DNA of 63,344 nt, counting the filler, from Choristocarpus tenellus KU-1152 (taxonomy: Eukaryota; Protista; Phaeophyceae), in NCBI GenBank assembly GCA_964200185.2. It is 8 parts of 8 records of this genome, joined end to end, with 100 filler letters (N's around TTAATTAATTAA, not from the genome) between each part and the next. Parts side by side here need not be neighbours in the genome. Positions count along the whole stretch, not along the records: positions 1 to 5,555 come from CAXNAD020010439.1; positions 5,656 to 12,465 come from CAXNAD020007296.1; 6 more parts are not named here. One strand, written 5' to 3'. The notes under the pieces are model-generated. The model was not told the DNA's origin and made no database searches. It saw nothing but the letters and a program-made list of their open reading frames with translations. This document shows positions 1 through 12,465 of this stretch, one piece after another (position 1 is the stretch's first letter; each line of letters starts with the position of its first letter). Made by a program: the position numbers and the translations under genes.

Positions 1-63
1 CACCCCCAGCCCCCCCCCCCCCCCCCCCCTCTCCTTTCAACACATGTAACCACTGACACCCAC

Positions 64-2352
64 CTCAGTACCCGAGTTGGTGAAACGGACCATCTCCACA
101 GATGGAACAGCATCAATCACCATCTTAGCAAGGGTATTCTCGTGCACAGAGGGGGCACCAAACGATGTTCCCTTCTCCAGCGTAGCCTGTACGACAACCC
201 CCCCCCCCCGCCGCCCCGCCAATGTTAGGGAGAGAGGATGTAAAGTAAGGGCACCCGAACACATCTGCCACCTCATTACAAACAAGCAATTAAAACTACG
301 GGACACCCTCGATGACCAAGGTAAGGGAGGTAGAGTACACGCAGGAGTTGATTGGTCGACCAGAGTCCCCTCTCTAGGCGACAAGTATCGATTCTGGATA
401 GAATGGGGTGGAGAGCCCCCTTGTGTCTGCAGAACCATATCCGCGTCAAACGCTTGGGTCTGCGCGTGATCACTTCACAAACATCTAACTTTCTTTCCCA
501 GCTAGTTTGATGTAGGGCCCTCACATGCGGTTGGTCGATTGAATCCTTGTAACACGGTGTACTTACTTACCACTCAGGGGTTAGGGTTGGGGTTGAAGTT
601 GAAAAAAATAAAAACACAGCACATAGCCCGGAAAGAGTTGATTCAATCCCAAGCTATATATCCGAGACCCCAATTGGACAAGGGTCTCCTTCCTACCAAG
701 GCTATATCCTACTCAACAACCCCTCAAGAAGTTATAACGGGCCCCTCATACGGGGGAGGAACCAGCAGTGGTGAACTATTGGTCAAGACAAAAAAAAAAT
801 TAATATATATTTCGGAAAATCTCATTTTGTGCATGCTGTTTTTTTTTCTTTTTCACCGTTCTTTACTACAAGAATGAAAATCGTAAAGAATAAAAAAGGA
901 AAAACAATGGCTTGCTTGTGCACATGGTAGGTAGAAACTCTCATCGCCTCCGCACAACATCAAAAACAACCCAAGTCCTTCCATTGAGGAATGCACTTGC
1001 AAAAGAAGAAGTGGGCCCTTCTGGGTGAGGGTCCTCTTCCCCTCTTCGATCTTTCCAAAATCTACTTTGTTTTTGATTGGGGTACATGTTCTCGCCAACG
1101 AGCAATTATGAAACGTACACCAGAAAATACACTGAAAAAGAATCTGCAAATAATGAAGGAAATAAACGGGCTAAAAAACGCTCACCTTGAGAGAATCCAG
1201 AACCTCATCATCGGCATGCCCTACGATCGCAGGTCCCCAGGTTCCCACGTAGTCGATGTACTTATTCCTGCTCATGGTATTAAAGAGCCCCAAAAAATAG
1301 TAAAATGTTACTGTTCAGGAAGGTAACCATATTCTGCACACGTACATGTATGTTTGAAGCAAAAGATATGTCAGACCGAGCGAATCATATCAAGTTTATG
1401 CGAGTGAAATTTTTTTAGGGGTGGAGTTGTGTTCCATCGAATACGCTGCCTGAACCAGAGGAACGAAAGGATCCGACGCAATAGAAATTATGTGCGACCA
1501 CTTGGGATGTACAGGGAAATCAGGTCAACAACGCGAACTGGCAAGACATCAGATGTAATTACAGGATGGACCACAAGAAGTAGGCTCAAGCCAGTTCCTG
1601 CATAGGGTAGCTCGTTTAGAATACTGGCACAATTTTAAGCACATTTCCTCGCCCCTTCACACTCGATAATGTGGGACGGGCGCCAACAGAAGATGGACAG
1701 AAGGTAGAAGCATCCAGTTGAATCCTCTCACCCATCCACATCCCAGGCATAGGCCCCCTTCACACGGTCGAACACCACGGGGTTCCCTCCTACAGACTTG
1801 AAGGCGCGCACAGGTGAACTGACACCACCTGGCATGATAGTCTACAGAAGTACCATACAACAAGGAGGCGGGAGGTGAGTGGGCGCATGGGTCCAAAGCT
1901 CAACTCAAAAGGCAAAGTATTTTGAGCCGATACGTGCAACGAACACTACCAGTAAGATCTGGCGAGTGGCCATGCGTTCGCACGCCATTGGACCACGTAT
2001 TGAGGACAACCTGCTGATGGTTACACTGAACTTGTGAGGGGAGAGAGTCGTTTCCATAATACTAGATTCCTACTCATGTTGCACTTGTGCGACGTGGGGC
2101 TCTGAAGTAAAAAAAACACTCGCGAGAAGATATATGGCTGTGCAGGTTCATTAATACCTTGGCCTCTGCGAAGTACTCCTCAGACTTAGTGGTGGTGAGA
2201 GCCGACGGGGCGGCTGCCACCATGGACGGTGTAGCAACGCGCTGAGAGAGGCGAGTTGACGGGTGAGCTCCCATAAAGCCAAATGCTGCGGCAGGCTCCG
2301 TTACCAGACATGTCGCCACTGCAACGGCAGCGACAGTTCGTGAGATGTCCAT
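64..2352 (-). CDS. GSA: Glutamate-1-semialdehyde 2,1-aminomutase, plastid-targeted (5' part; continues beyond window start)
   Basis: Exons 2352-2158, 1841-1732, 1267-1186 and 186-64 all have GT-AG borders in consistent phase. They give [26 protein letters not shown]...[10 protein letters not shown]|[37 protein letters not shown]|[27 protein letters not shown]|[41 protein letters not shown], with hallmark HemL/GSA motifs. The N-terminus is a signal peptide ending AAA-F followed by a transit peptide. Confidence 0.96.
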
Positions 2353-2599
2353 ATTTGGCGGTGGTAGTGTGGTTGGGCTTCCACTGGAATCTGTCCCTCG
2401 ATCTGTGAACGGCACCTTATGAGTAAACATGAGCCCCACGCGTGGAAGTTCGCGCGGATAATCGCCTGTGCGCGCCGTATATTTTTCAACCACAACAAAT
2501 CTTCATGATCAACAACACTACTAGTAGAATATTATCACTACTATGAAAATAGTATTACATGTACATGGTGTGTCCAGACAGCAGGTCTTAAGTGTCTGG

Positions 2600-2930
2600 A
2601 TGTAGAAGGCAGCAAACTGTGTGGGTACCAGTCCGCTTGTACATGCCCGAGGACTGGGGGATCAGTGTGGCACAAACACTTAATTATGGTCAGGGAATTA
2701 TTGGACACTGTATCCGGATGGGTTTGTAGAGGATATCACGTACGTGGAGCAAGTCTTACTTGGCCCATGATGTGCCACAAGGCGTTGCCGATGGACTACA
2801 CATGTTTCCAAGTGATCATGGAGTTGCACACGTCGTAGTGGAGCGAGAAAAAATCATTGATACGTTGTATAAAATAAATACATACACGAGAAAACACTTC
2901 TTGTTGGAAGAGTCGAAATTGGGATTCCAT
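2600..2930 (-). mobile_element. Possible highly degenerate Merlin/IS1595-like transposase fragment
   Basis: Minus-strand pieces DSSNKKCFLVYV, WKHV..GNALW and GY...DHN*VFVP loosely follow the ISXO2 motif order. Many stops and frameshifts. Confidence 0.25.
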
Positions 2931-4019
2931 ATCAAACCACTATTATGGGAAAACTAGTTACAATGTTAAACAAGATCGCACAGATATAATCAGTCGCACT
3001 TAACTGACAGGGGCTTGCTAGTGGTCAAGATGACTGTTGACCGCAGAGGGAGCAGGTTCTTGCACTTGGCTGAAGAACCATGGAGTGCTGTAATCCCTGT
3101 AGAAATTTTCTTTGGAAGCTTCTCTACCGTATAATTTTTTGCCACCTAGGTTGCGCTTGCGCTCCTCCCAACCAAAAATCGCAACAAACTCCACAAACAC
3201 ACGCCAACAACAACAATCCTCAACAACGCAATCCACAAAGACAGCACACAGCGAAGCCCCGTACTTCCTTGTTGGATGCACCTTAGGTCTATTTCAACTA
3301 TATCCCGATCTCATGAGGTTGATCTTGTGAGTTATTTGTTGCATGTATGTGTGTGCGTGATGCAGGTCGACTTGCCTCAGTGCATGCACACAGCAATTAG
3401 CCTTTACCAGGTGGTTATCTGTTGCTCCCAGACCATAACCTCGTACCCTGCACCCTCAACTTAGCTGACCGAGCTCATTCACCTACATTGTCTATCCCAC
3501 CGACAGATGATCATTTGTATTCGTCACATACTGTCCTCTGCGGCAATGTACAAAGTAAAACAGGTATAAGCACTCTTAGGTGATATCACTTTTTTTTAAC
3601 AGGTTGCTCTACAGGATCCAGACCTCATACTTACGTCCAAACATCTAAGGCAGTTTTTCCTCTTGAGTGTATGTGCAGGTGCCTACTAATATTCATGAAA
3701 CCTACGAAGATCGCCTCCATGATATAATAGTATTAGCCACGTAGAACTCTAGCAGTACCTAAGTTGTTATTTTAAGAGGGGATTGGAGGGAAGATTGGCT
3801 TGGGCTGGCCCGAAAATTCCTCAGTCACCCTTTGCCGTGCCATTCCTCGTTGTGCCCCCACAAAACGTATTGTCTCCTTCAAAGTACTACATGTAGATAG
3901 TCTAGAACACTCAACCTGTTTTTGTAGTTGGTGTGGGTGTGCATTCACTATTCCCCCTATAAGTGCTCTAATGCTGATTTTTTCAGACATGGTTGTTGTA
4001 TAGTCAGACACCTCTAGTG

Positions 4020-4910
4020 CAATGAAAAGCAAGAGTATTGGTAATTTATCCACCAGAGTAATAAACTTCAAGTCAAAATGAGTCAAAGCAATTGAGAGTT
4101 GACGCAAGGTTACAAGATAAGGATCCCGAGAAGTGGCAGAAATAGATCATTTTGCGCAATTGCAGAAAGGAAATTTGCTGAATTGTGGTGTTACTTTGTC
4201 TATGGAGAAGGGGAATATCAATTTTGCGTATACTATTGCGCACTTTATGGGATGACATAGATTGTATTGCAGAGGGAAAAAAAGATGGGTTGGAAGGTAG
4301 AAGGACCCGAACCTGCCTACCTCTCAATTACTTCAACTCAAATATTGGAAAATGTCTTTCAACAAGAACTGTTGACGGATACAAGAACACCAACAGTGGG
4401 TGTATCTACTTGACTATGCGATTGAACTATTGTTACTATTTAAGTTGATGCTGGGTGTGCCTAGTCACCACTACTATGAGGTCATCCAACACTGCTGTCC
4501 TGACAAGTCAACAACATAAAAAATGAGGCGAAGTAATGGATGGCGTGTATGTCCTCTGCCAGACTGCAATCCTTGCTCATGTGGTTCAGATTTACCATCT
4601 GCCATTGAAGGTTTACGGTTGTGCAGCTAATAGAACCTGTTTTTTGTTGTTGGATGGTTGTAAGAGTAAAACCAACTAGACAGGCAGGGTTGAATTTTTA
4701 GGATACCGAGAAAGGGCAAGCATATGTCATTTTGTGCATTTGCAGAAAGAACCTTTGCTGAATGGTGGCGTCCCTTAGTGTGTGGAGAGGGGGAATATCA
4801 GTTTTGTGTACACTATTGTGTACATAAAGAAATTAAACAGAGAGTAGTGCAGAGGACAAGAAAGATGACTTAGAATGCAAAATTGTCGAAACCTGCCTAC
4901 CTCTCAATCG
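4020..4910. repeat. Two diverged copies of a dispersed repeat family (also 13377-13742, ~32620-32790, ~44030-44120)
   Basis: The shared block gcagaaag..tttgctgaat..gtgg..tggagaaggg(g)aatatca.ttttg.gta and the motif acctgcctacctctcaat occur at ~4160-4330 and ~4740-4910. Confidence 0.65.
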
Positions 4911-4919
4911 GTCTGACTC

Positions 4920-5400
4920 TAAGTGAATATTAATTTCCGGCATTCGCATGATAAATGTACAACCATCGCAGGCACGTTTTGGTGAGGTACAGGAATCCAT
5001 AACTCCAGACCTTCTCGCTTACATAAGAATAATAATAGTAATATGAATCGTGTGATTCTGTGACGGTGTGGTTCACTCAGGCAGGGGTGGTTAAGAGAAT
5101 CACTAGGCAAGACGGACCACACGAACAAGGACGAACCGTAACCGAGAGGACGAGGTTAAGGTTGGACAAATGAAAGACTGCTTGTACAAAAACTGTGATG
5201 ACTAAAAAGTGAAGACGTGAGAACGAAGTGAATCTTTTATGTTTGACAACTCTGAATGAAGAGCAATCCCATATCTGTGGAACTGGGCTCTTGAAGAGAT
5301 TCCATGGATTCATTCTCACGGAAGATCCTCCACTGGGATCATGAATTCTTGACGAGGAACATCGATCAGTATAACGATATAACGACAAACCTGGTTTCCA
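4920..5400 (-). mobile_element. Degenerate Ty3/gypsy (chromovirus-like) integrase C-terminus/chromodomain relic
   Basis: SSFRVVKHKRFTSFSRLHF...AVFHLSNL resembles the GPF...HPVFHVSxL region. The downstream RHR...FLCKREG..WIP resembles a chromodomain YLVKWxG..WEP. Confidence 0.4.
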
Positions 5401-5465
5401 CAGTTATGATGACAAGAAAAACGACAATAATAATAAAAATATATTAATAATGGGTAAGAATATCT

Positions 5466-5505
<40 letters not shown>

Positions 5506-5555
5506 CGTTTGGAGACCTCTTCTTTTTTTTTTTGATATTGGAAGATGGAAAAGGG

Positions 5556-5655
5556 NNNNNNNNNNNNNNNNNNNNNNNNNNNNNNNNNNNNNNNNNNNNT
5601 TAATTAATTAANNNNNNNNNNNNNNNNNNNNNNNNNNNNNNNNNNNNNNNNNNNN
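5556..5655. other. Artificial contig linker (N44-TTAATTAATTAA-N44); identical linkers at 12466-12565, 27844-27943, 46215-46314, 49126-49225, 52812-52911, 58561-58660
   Basis: Seven identical 100-nt spacers with stop codons in all six frames. Confidence 0.98.
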
Positions 5656-5949
5656 ACCTTATTTTGTGTATATGAGATTATTGAGTTGAATTGAGTCCAT
5701 GTGATGTAACTAATAAAATAGCACATCCGGATTATGTATGGGATTATGTATTGGTATTTATTCCGCATTCAACTACTTTGACATAGCCGTTGACTTATGT
5801 ATGTGAAGCACAAATAAATAACAAACAAGCAATGAGAAGAGACCACACAAAGGTCACTCTTCTCTTCTCTTCTAATCTTCAACCATGTAATCACGTTCAG
5901 CAAAGGGGGTCGTGTGAGGCTTCACACCTTCATATCTTCACTACTAACA

Positions 5950-6800
5950 AATAGCATTACCCCCCAAGGTAATTTGCACAGAGTCCACTCAAGAATGCTT
6001 GTCCAGGTACTCCTTGACACAGGTGCAGGTCTCATCTATATTTGTGAAAATTGCTTACCGCAGCTCAACATGGCAGGCGAAGGCACCTTAAATGCAGCAA
6101 ACCCCAGAGGGTGCAATATTCTACCAGTGCTGGTACTGAGGTCATGCAAACTTCTAATAGCGTTTTCCCCAGAGGAAAACGTGCGCAATAACTTTTAGGA
6201 TAATGGTGGGGCTGCCATACGAAATTATTCTTGGGAGCAACTTTTTGTAGACAACACTAGAGTGAACTGTCATTTAGAGAAGGTCAACGCTCCCAACCAT
6301 CACCACTGCAACCATGGGTACCTTTTGTCAACACTCCAACACCAAGATCGAGCAGTAACAATATACCCTTGTCAGATGTTAGCAAATGGCATTGTAGTAC
6401 AAAGGAAAGTTCTAACATGGATACTTGTCAGACTAGGTAACTAAACAGAAGAAATGGACAGCTTTAACTTACTACAGTTGGATGTTCATCATGCCTTCTA
6501 GGACCTTCACAACCCTAACACAAGACCATGCCCAACTAATGTTCCCACCCAAGAACAACTCTTGCCTCGATAGGATGTGTTACGTCACTTCCCTATAGGT
6601 ACTAGTATCAAACATTGTGGAAGGATGAAAGCTGAAGAGACCGGTAGGACAGGGTCCAGTTTTGAGTTCAAGTCACCCCACTGGAGGGTATGGTTGAAGG
6701 ATGGAGGTAAGGAGGAATTCAGCAGGAGAGAGATGAGTACCTCCTCCAGAAAACCTCCCATCAGGTAACAACTGTATGCCTGAAGGAAAAAGTGAGGTTC
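5950..6800 (+). mobile_element. Degenerate Ty3/gypsy pol fragment (aspartic protease + RT start)
   Basis: VQVLLDTGAGLIYI is a retropepsin active-site motif. Later LLPR*D and FKSPHWRVWLKDGGKEEF resemble RT motifs PLPRID and DLKSAYWQV...KTAF. Stops and frameshifts are present. Confidence 0.55.
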
Positions 6801-7384
6801 AGCCGGTACATGCTAGAGAACAAGAGATTAAAGCAATGATAATCATAGTCACTGAAAGGAACATGAGACATCAGAAGTTGGAAAAATAAGCTGCCCACAT
6901 TTTACCACACATTATTATACATCGGTTGTATAGGCTGAAGTCCTTAGAAAAGACAAACACTGAACTCACTACTTTTTATTTTTATTTATTTATTTTCCTC
7001 TTTTCTATGTTGTAACAACTCTCTGTGATCTTGAATTCTCTCTTTTTTATATCTTCTATATCTCACTGCTGTTTTTCTAATGTTATTTATTTTTAGTTCT
7101 CATCCCATCACCCCCGGATTTTTAAATTTCATTTTCTTTTCATAGTTGTTGCTCTCCTTACTTAATGACTTTTTTCTTTTGTTTTCTTTTTTCCTTTCTA
7201 CTTTTTGTGCTTTTATTTTATTTATTTACTATTCAGTTTCCACTTTGTTACCCTCATCATCCACACATTTAAAAAATATATATTCTTTTCTATTTATTGC
7301 CCTTTTATTTTTATTTCTTCTCTTTTTCTATTATTAGTACTATTTGTTGCTCTCAATGACCCTTCTTTATGCATTTTAATTTTT

Positions 7385-9612
7385 TCATTGCCTGTTTTGC
7401 ACACTAGCAGCCTTGAGTATGCTTTGTGCGGGGGGGCATAGGACAGGCAATAATCAGATGCTCTGTAGGCCAGGAATAATGTAAGCCTAATCCTTGATAG
7501 CACTTGCATTTATATAACCGGGAAGATTAGAACGGAAGACGCACAAATTTTATGCCCAACCAGAGGTATGCATTATGTAACTTTTGAAGGTCCAGTTCAA
7601 AAGAAACAAGTGTATACTCGAATTAGGCCAGACAATTTATTGGAGATTGCATTGTGTGACCTTATGGACACCCTGAAGGCAACGTGGATTAATTAATCAC
7701 ATTTGTGAATAGAGTGATTGGAACTGGGGACCCATTCATTTTAGGCCATGTCAGAGATACACTTTGTAAATTTTGAAGATGTATTTCAGAAAGAACAAAT
7801 GTATACTCAGACTAGGCCAGGGGCAATCTGACTCTAATGGTGTTCTGTGACCCTTGGGAAAGTTTCCCCAGGTTAAACAAGGATATTTGACGACCTGTTT
7901 TGAGGCTAGTTGGGGTTATATATATATATTTAATAAAAGTATATACTCTTATCTGGTCAGACACATATTGATCTTGACTGTGCTTTACGACATTTGAGGA
8001 TCCGTTCTCAAAGGAAACGAGGGGATTGTTAATCATTGTTAGAATCCATGGGTTAATTTGGAACTGGAGTCCCTATGTTGGAGAAACCTGGCAGAGTCTG
8101 AACTGAAGCCCCTATGTTACCAAATGGCAATTATGCATGCCACCGCAGCATGATCTAAGGTGATGGATATTTATTATCCAGATAATGATTATTGCCTGTG
8201 GAAAGCATGGAACAGGTAGTCCCTGCATGGAACATAGGATAGCAGAGTTGGAACTATGAAGTAACCCACATCAGATCAGATAGCAATTTGTGTAAGATGT
8301 TTTGATTTTTTTGCCATTTTGTGTCTTTGAATATATATATGCTGTGTACATCAGGTACATGGCCCCCTTTATTCCATTTTTTTTCCCCCTTTTTTATATT
8401 ATTCTTTCAGTTTATTTTTTGGATTTTCTCTTTTGGATTTCTTCCATATTTTATCTAACCCTTGCTTAACCTTTTTTTTTCTTCTTCCTTCCCTTTCCCT
8501 TTATATTATTTTTCCCTATTCTTTTTTTCTTTTTTTCCCTTTTCTTTTCGTTTTTGTTAGAGGCCGATGTTGATGTTATTGCCTGTTTTACGCACTAGCA
8601 GCCGTCAGTATGCTTCGTGCTGGGGGGCATGAGACAGGCAATAATCAGATGATACTTGGCACGCTAGGGAAGGTGTACTTTAGAGAGAATGAATATATCC
8701 TCAAATTAGGCTAGACGCAGACAAATTCCCCTAAGTAAGATAGAGATACATGATTAGGCCTAGTAGGAATTAGGCATAATTTTTGCTCTTCCTTCTCCCT
8801 GTTACAGGATGATCTGAGGTGATTGATGATGTCTATTGTCTTCACCAGTGACAATCACTTGTAGTAAACGTTTTGATTTAGGATACATTCTTCTTTTATT
8901 TTCTTTTATTTATCTTTTTTCCCATTTTGTTATTCTAAAGTCCCAGCTCAAAAAGAACAGGTATATTTAGATTAGGTAGACACAACTTGAATAAGAGTAC
9001 ATCCTATGACCTTGTGGATGGACGCTTTTTAAAGAATTGTGGTGATGAATCACATTTATGATTAAGGTGATCGGAACTGGGGTCCCATTCATTCTAGGCC
9101 ATGTCAGAGATGTCTGTTTTGCAACTTTTGAAGATATTTCAGAAAGAAAAAGTACATACATACTCAGTCTAGCCGAGATGCAAATTATACTCTGTGCCTC
9201 TTGGGATGAATTATCCCAAGAAAAAACATGGATATGTGCCGATCGATTCTGGACCTAGTTGAAGTTATATATTTTCTTAATAAAAATATATACTCTGATA
9301 TTAGCTCAGACATTTATTGATTCTGACTGTCTTAAGACTTTTGGGGAAATATTCTCAAAAAGAAACTGGGAGATATGTCAATCATATATTGGAAATATCT
9401 GGTTAATTTGGAACCAAGGTCCCTGTGTTGGAAACAACTGGCAAGTTTGGAACTCGAGCCCCTCTTTTGTTTGATGGCAACCAACTCATGCTGCTACAGC
9501 GTGATCTGAGGTGATAGATAATATCTATTGTCTTAACCGGTGACAATCGCCTGTGGTAAGCATGAAACATGTATACCTAGTTCATGCAGGGGGGCATGTT
9601 ACAGGCGAATAA
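7385..9612. repeat. Old tandem duplication (~1.2-1.35 kb period) with internal sub-repeats and a recurrent hairpin
   Basis: ttgcctgtttt.c.cactagcagcc...acaggcaataatcagatg at 7388 and 8579; ggaactgggg.cccattcatt.taggccatgtcagagat at 7721 and 9073; gttaatttggaac at 8052 and 9402; tgatct.aggtgat at 8151, 8810 and 9502. Confidence 0.8.
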
Positions 9613-9781
9613 CACGAGTATTTCTTCCTGCGCTTTAACCGGCGCGAGCAGTATAGGCAGGTGGAGAACCCCAAAAGGGGAAACTCTGATTTGCCAAAAA
9701 GTTGAAGAATAAAATTTGTAACTCGGGTAGTCGCAAAGGGTCCTAGATAGAAAGGTCAAAGGTTCTCAGATATATTCCAAT

Positions 9782-10060
9782 GAGTGAAAGTATCTTAGAG
9801 GGTAGAGCCGCGTCCGTTTGGGGTCCAAATACAATGTTGCGATTTTGATGTAATTTTGGTTATCCTGTTTGTTGCAAATATTTTATATATATTAAGGAAG
9901 TGTCACTATCTTCGTTCCGGACACACTTTTTCACAACGTACACATTTTACCTACTACGAAAAAATTCAAAACAGGAAAATGTCATAAAAAAATCCGTGGG
10001 AAGCTAAGTCCCAAACGGAAAGACAGGGCAAAACTCGTACCCTCTAAGATGCTTTCACTT
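9782..10060. mobile_element. MITE family A (TIR GAGTGAAAGTATCTTAGAGGGTA)
   Basis: The left TIR gagtgaaagtatcttagagggta pairs with the right taccctctaagatgctttcact. The element is non-coding, ~280 bp and multi-copy in the window. Confidence 0.9.
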
Positions 10061-10668
10061 AATGTTTGTAAACCAGAAGAAGCCCCAACGATAAATGATG
10101 ATAAGAGATCCTAAAAACGGCTCCAAACGGCTCAGGTCTTCTGACCTAGAGAGCCCCCATCTATTCAGTTTTCTCTCTCTGATATCGTTATACACACTTT
10201 TCCTTGTGCTACTTGATTCACCGGAGAGTACTACTACTGTTCTGCTGAGCTGACGTGCATTGGTCTGTGAATTGGATTTGAGTTGTACATCCTGTGGAGG
10301 TGAGCTTTGAGGGGCGCCCATAACACAGGGCATCTCCTACGAAGATATTGGTGACACCACGGCTGAGAGCTGGCGTGTACACGATCCTAATTGTGATAAA
10401 TAAAGGGGCATCCAATTTGGAAATGCTGATGATACCACTATTGATAGTTGATGCGTACACGGTTCTAATGGTGATAAATATGGGCGCATCTCCTTTGAAA
10501 ATGCTGGTGATACCACGGCTGAACTCTTGCATGTACACGGTTCTAATGGCGATAAATCCAGGGACATCTCCTACGAAAATGCTGGTGATACCACTATTGA
10601 CAGCTGGCGTGTACACGGTTGTCATGGTAAGAAATACAGGACATTGAAATTGGAAATGTTGGTGATAC

Positions 10669-11041
10669 TGTTCGTAGATAGTGCTGCCGATACACTATAG
10701 ACACCACTGGTGGATTATGTGTTTGGGTAGAGAGCCAGTGACAGATATACTATATATACTGACTCATAGTGTTGATTGGTTATATCATGTTCAAGATACA
10801 CTTCCTATACTTAAGATAAGTAAATAAGTAATTCATAGTAAATTAGTGTGGACGATTACAAACCCCACACTATAGAGAAATGATGGTAGTTAAGGCTAGA
10901 GTCTCACCCACGAGCTCAGTCGGCGGAATCGAGACCGCAAGGGTCCTTGTAATACTAACATTGTTCATCTATACCAAGCTGTTCTTTGCCCTTCATTAAA
11001 GCACAATAAAAGCCGCGGGTCCAGTGTGGGATAGTTCAACA
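10669..11041. mobile_element. Solo LTR (373 bp) with 5-bp TSD GATAC
   Basis: It begins TGTT and ends AACA, is flanked by GATAC at 10664-10668 and 11042-11046, and has AATAAA near the right end. Removing it restores the minisatellite unit. Confidence 0.88.
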
Positions 11042-11371
11042 GATACCACTATTGACAGCTGGTGTGTACACGGTTCTAACGGTGATAAGTACATGGCATC
11101 GAATTTTGAAATGTTGGTGATACCACGCTGACAGCTCGCGTGTGGACGGTTCTTATGGTGATAAATACGGGGACATCTCCTTTGAAAATGTTGGTGATAC
11201 CATTATTGGTAGCTCGTGTGTGCATGGTTCTAATGGTGATAAATACAGGGCATCTAAGTTGGAAATGTTGGTGATACCACTATTGACAGCTCGTGTGTTC
11301 ACGGTTTGAATAGTGATAAATACAGGGCATTTTCTTTGAAAATATTGGTCATGCCACTATTGACAGCTGGT

Positions 11372-11462
11372 GAGTGAAAGTATCTTAGAGGGTACGACTT
11401 TTGCCCTGTTTGTTTGTTTGGGGCTTTACTTCCCATGGATTTCATGCGAAAATTTCCTACTC
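11372..11462. mobile_element. Truncated MITE family A
   Basis: Only one terminus is present: gagtgaaagtatcttagagggtacgacttttgccctgtttg... Confidence 0.85.
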
Positions 11463-11899
11463 AATGGCGATAAATCAGGGACATCTCCTACGAAATTGCT
11501 GGTGATACCACTATTGACAGGTGGTGTGTACACGGTTGTCATGGTAAGAAATACAGGGCATCTCCTTTGAAAATGTTGGTGATACCACTAGTGACAGCTG
11601 GTGTGTATACGGTTCTAATGGTGATAAATACAGGGCATCTCCTTTGAAACCATTGGCGATACCACAGTTGATAGCTGGTGTGTGCACGGTTCGAATGGTG
11701 ATAAGTACAGGGCATCCAAGTTGGAAATGGTGATACAACGGCTGACAGCTGGTGTGTTCAGAGTTCGAATGGTAATAAATACGGGAACATCTCCTTTGGA
11801 AATGTTGGTGATACCACTATTGACAGCTGCCGTGTACACGGTTCGAATGGTGATAAAATACCGATCATCCAATCTGAAAAAGTAGGTGGTACCTATGCA

Positions 11900-12465
11900 A
11901 AAGAGAGCTACTCTGATAGAGTATTCTGCTGCATAAGGGTAGATACGAAGTGGCTCATTTCCATATCCTCATCCTCTTCCTGGGCACATATTTGGCATGT
12001 GTGGGCCATCCGCCGGCGCTTCTCCAACCTGGCAGATTTCCGCCTCTCAAAGTGTGGGGGCAAGCGTATGGTTGCCATTTGTGCAGCCCTATCCATGCAT
12101 TGGCGTTGTCCCATCCTGGGAACTTCTTGACTGTGGGGGGAACTGGGCGCTTTGCATTTTGAGTAGTCCCACATCCAATATTTGGGCTCTCATCCCCAGT
12201 CATGTTTGCCTCGCTCCCTGCTGTGGAAGCCTCTTCTTCGTCTTGTGTATCCATGTTCATGTCTACATCAAATTCTGACTCTCCAAGTATGTCTAGCTCT
12301 GGCTCCCCCATTAGCTTCAGCAGTTTGGCTTCGGGCTGAAAAGTCCCCCCGCCTTGATGTAGTGTCATTGCCCCCAGTCTGAGTCTCCATACCTGACCAG
12401 GCCCCATTGTCCATTGTTTCTTTTGTTGAAGTAGCACTCACTCCCCCAGGCTTGAAGCCTGTCAT
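11900..12465 (-). pseudogene. Coding-like fragment, possibly a decayed transposon N-terminal region
   Basis: A 160-aa ORF contains an acidic stretch (ESEFDVDMNMDTQDEEE) and W..WIGLHKW...PH. An overlapping frame has HTCQIC (zinc-finger-like). It is cut by a linker. Confidence 0.3.

Larger units (their letters stand above)
10327..11875. repeat. 77/78-bp minisatellite, interrupted by a solo LTR and a MITE fragment
   Basis: The unit is ~GGGCATCTCCTTTGAAAATGTTGGTGATACCACTATTGACAGCTGGTGTGTACACGGTTCTAATGGTGATAAATACA. It has two variants (TCTCCTTTGAAA vs TCCAAGTTGGAA) and no unique spacers. Confidence 0.92.

Noticed and set aside
5556-5655. Conserved TTAATTAATTAA motif repeated seven times
   Set aside because: It is an artificial six-frame-stop contig linker. 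ORFs ending in X...LIN are artefacts.
10150-10165. tRNA-Pro-like primer binding site TGGGGGCTC on the minus strand
   Set aside because: Only 9 nt match and there is no adjacent LTR end (CA).
10327-11875. CRISPR-like array
   Set aside because: Units are contiguous with no unique spacers, there are no cas genes, and the context is eukaryotic.
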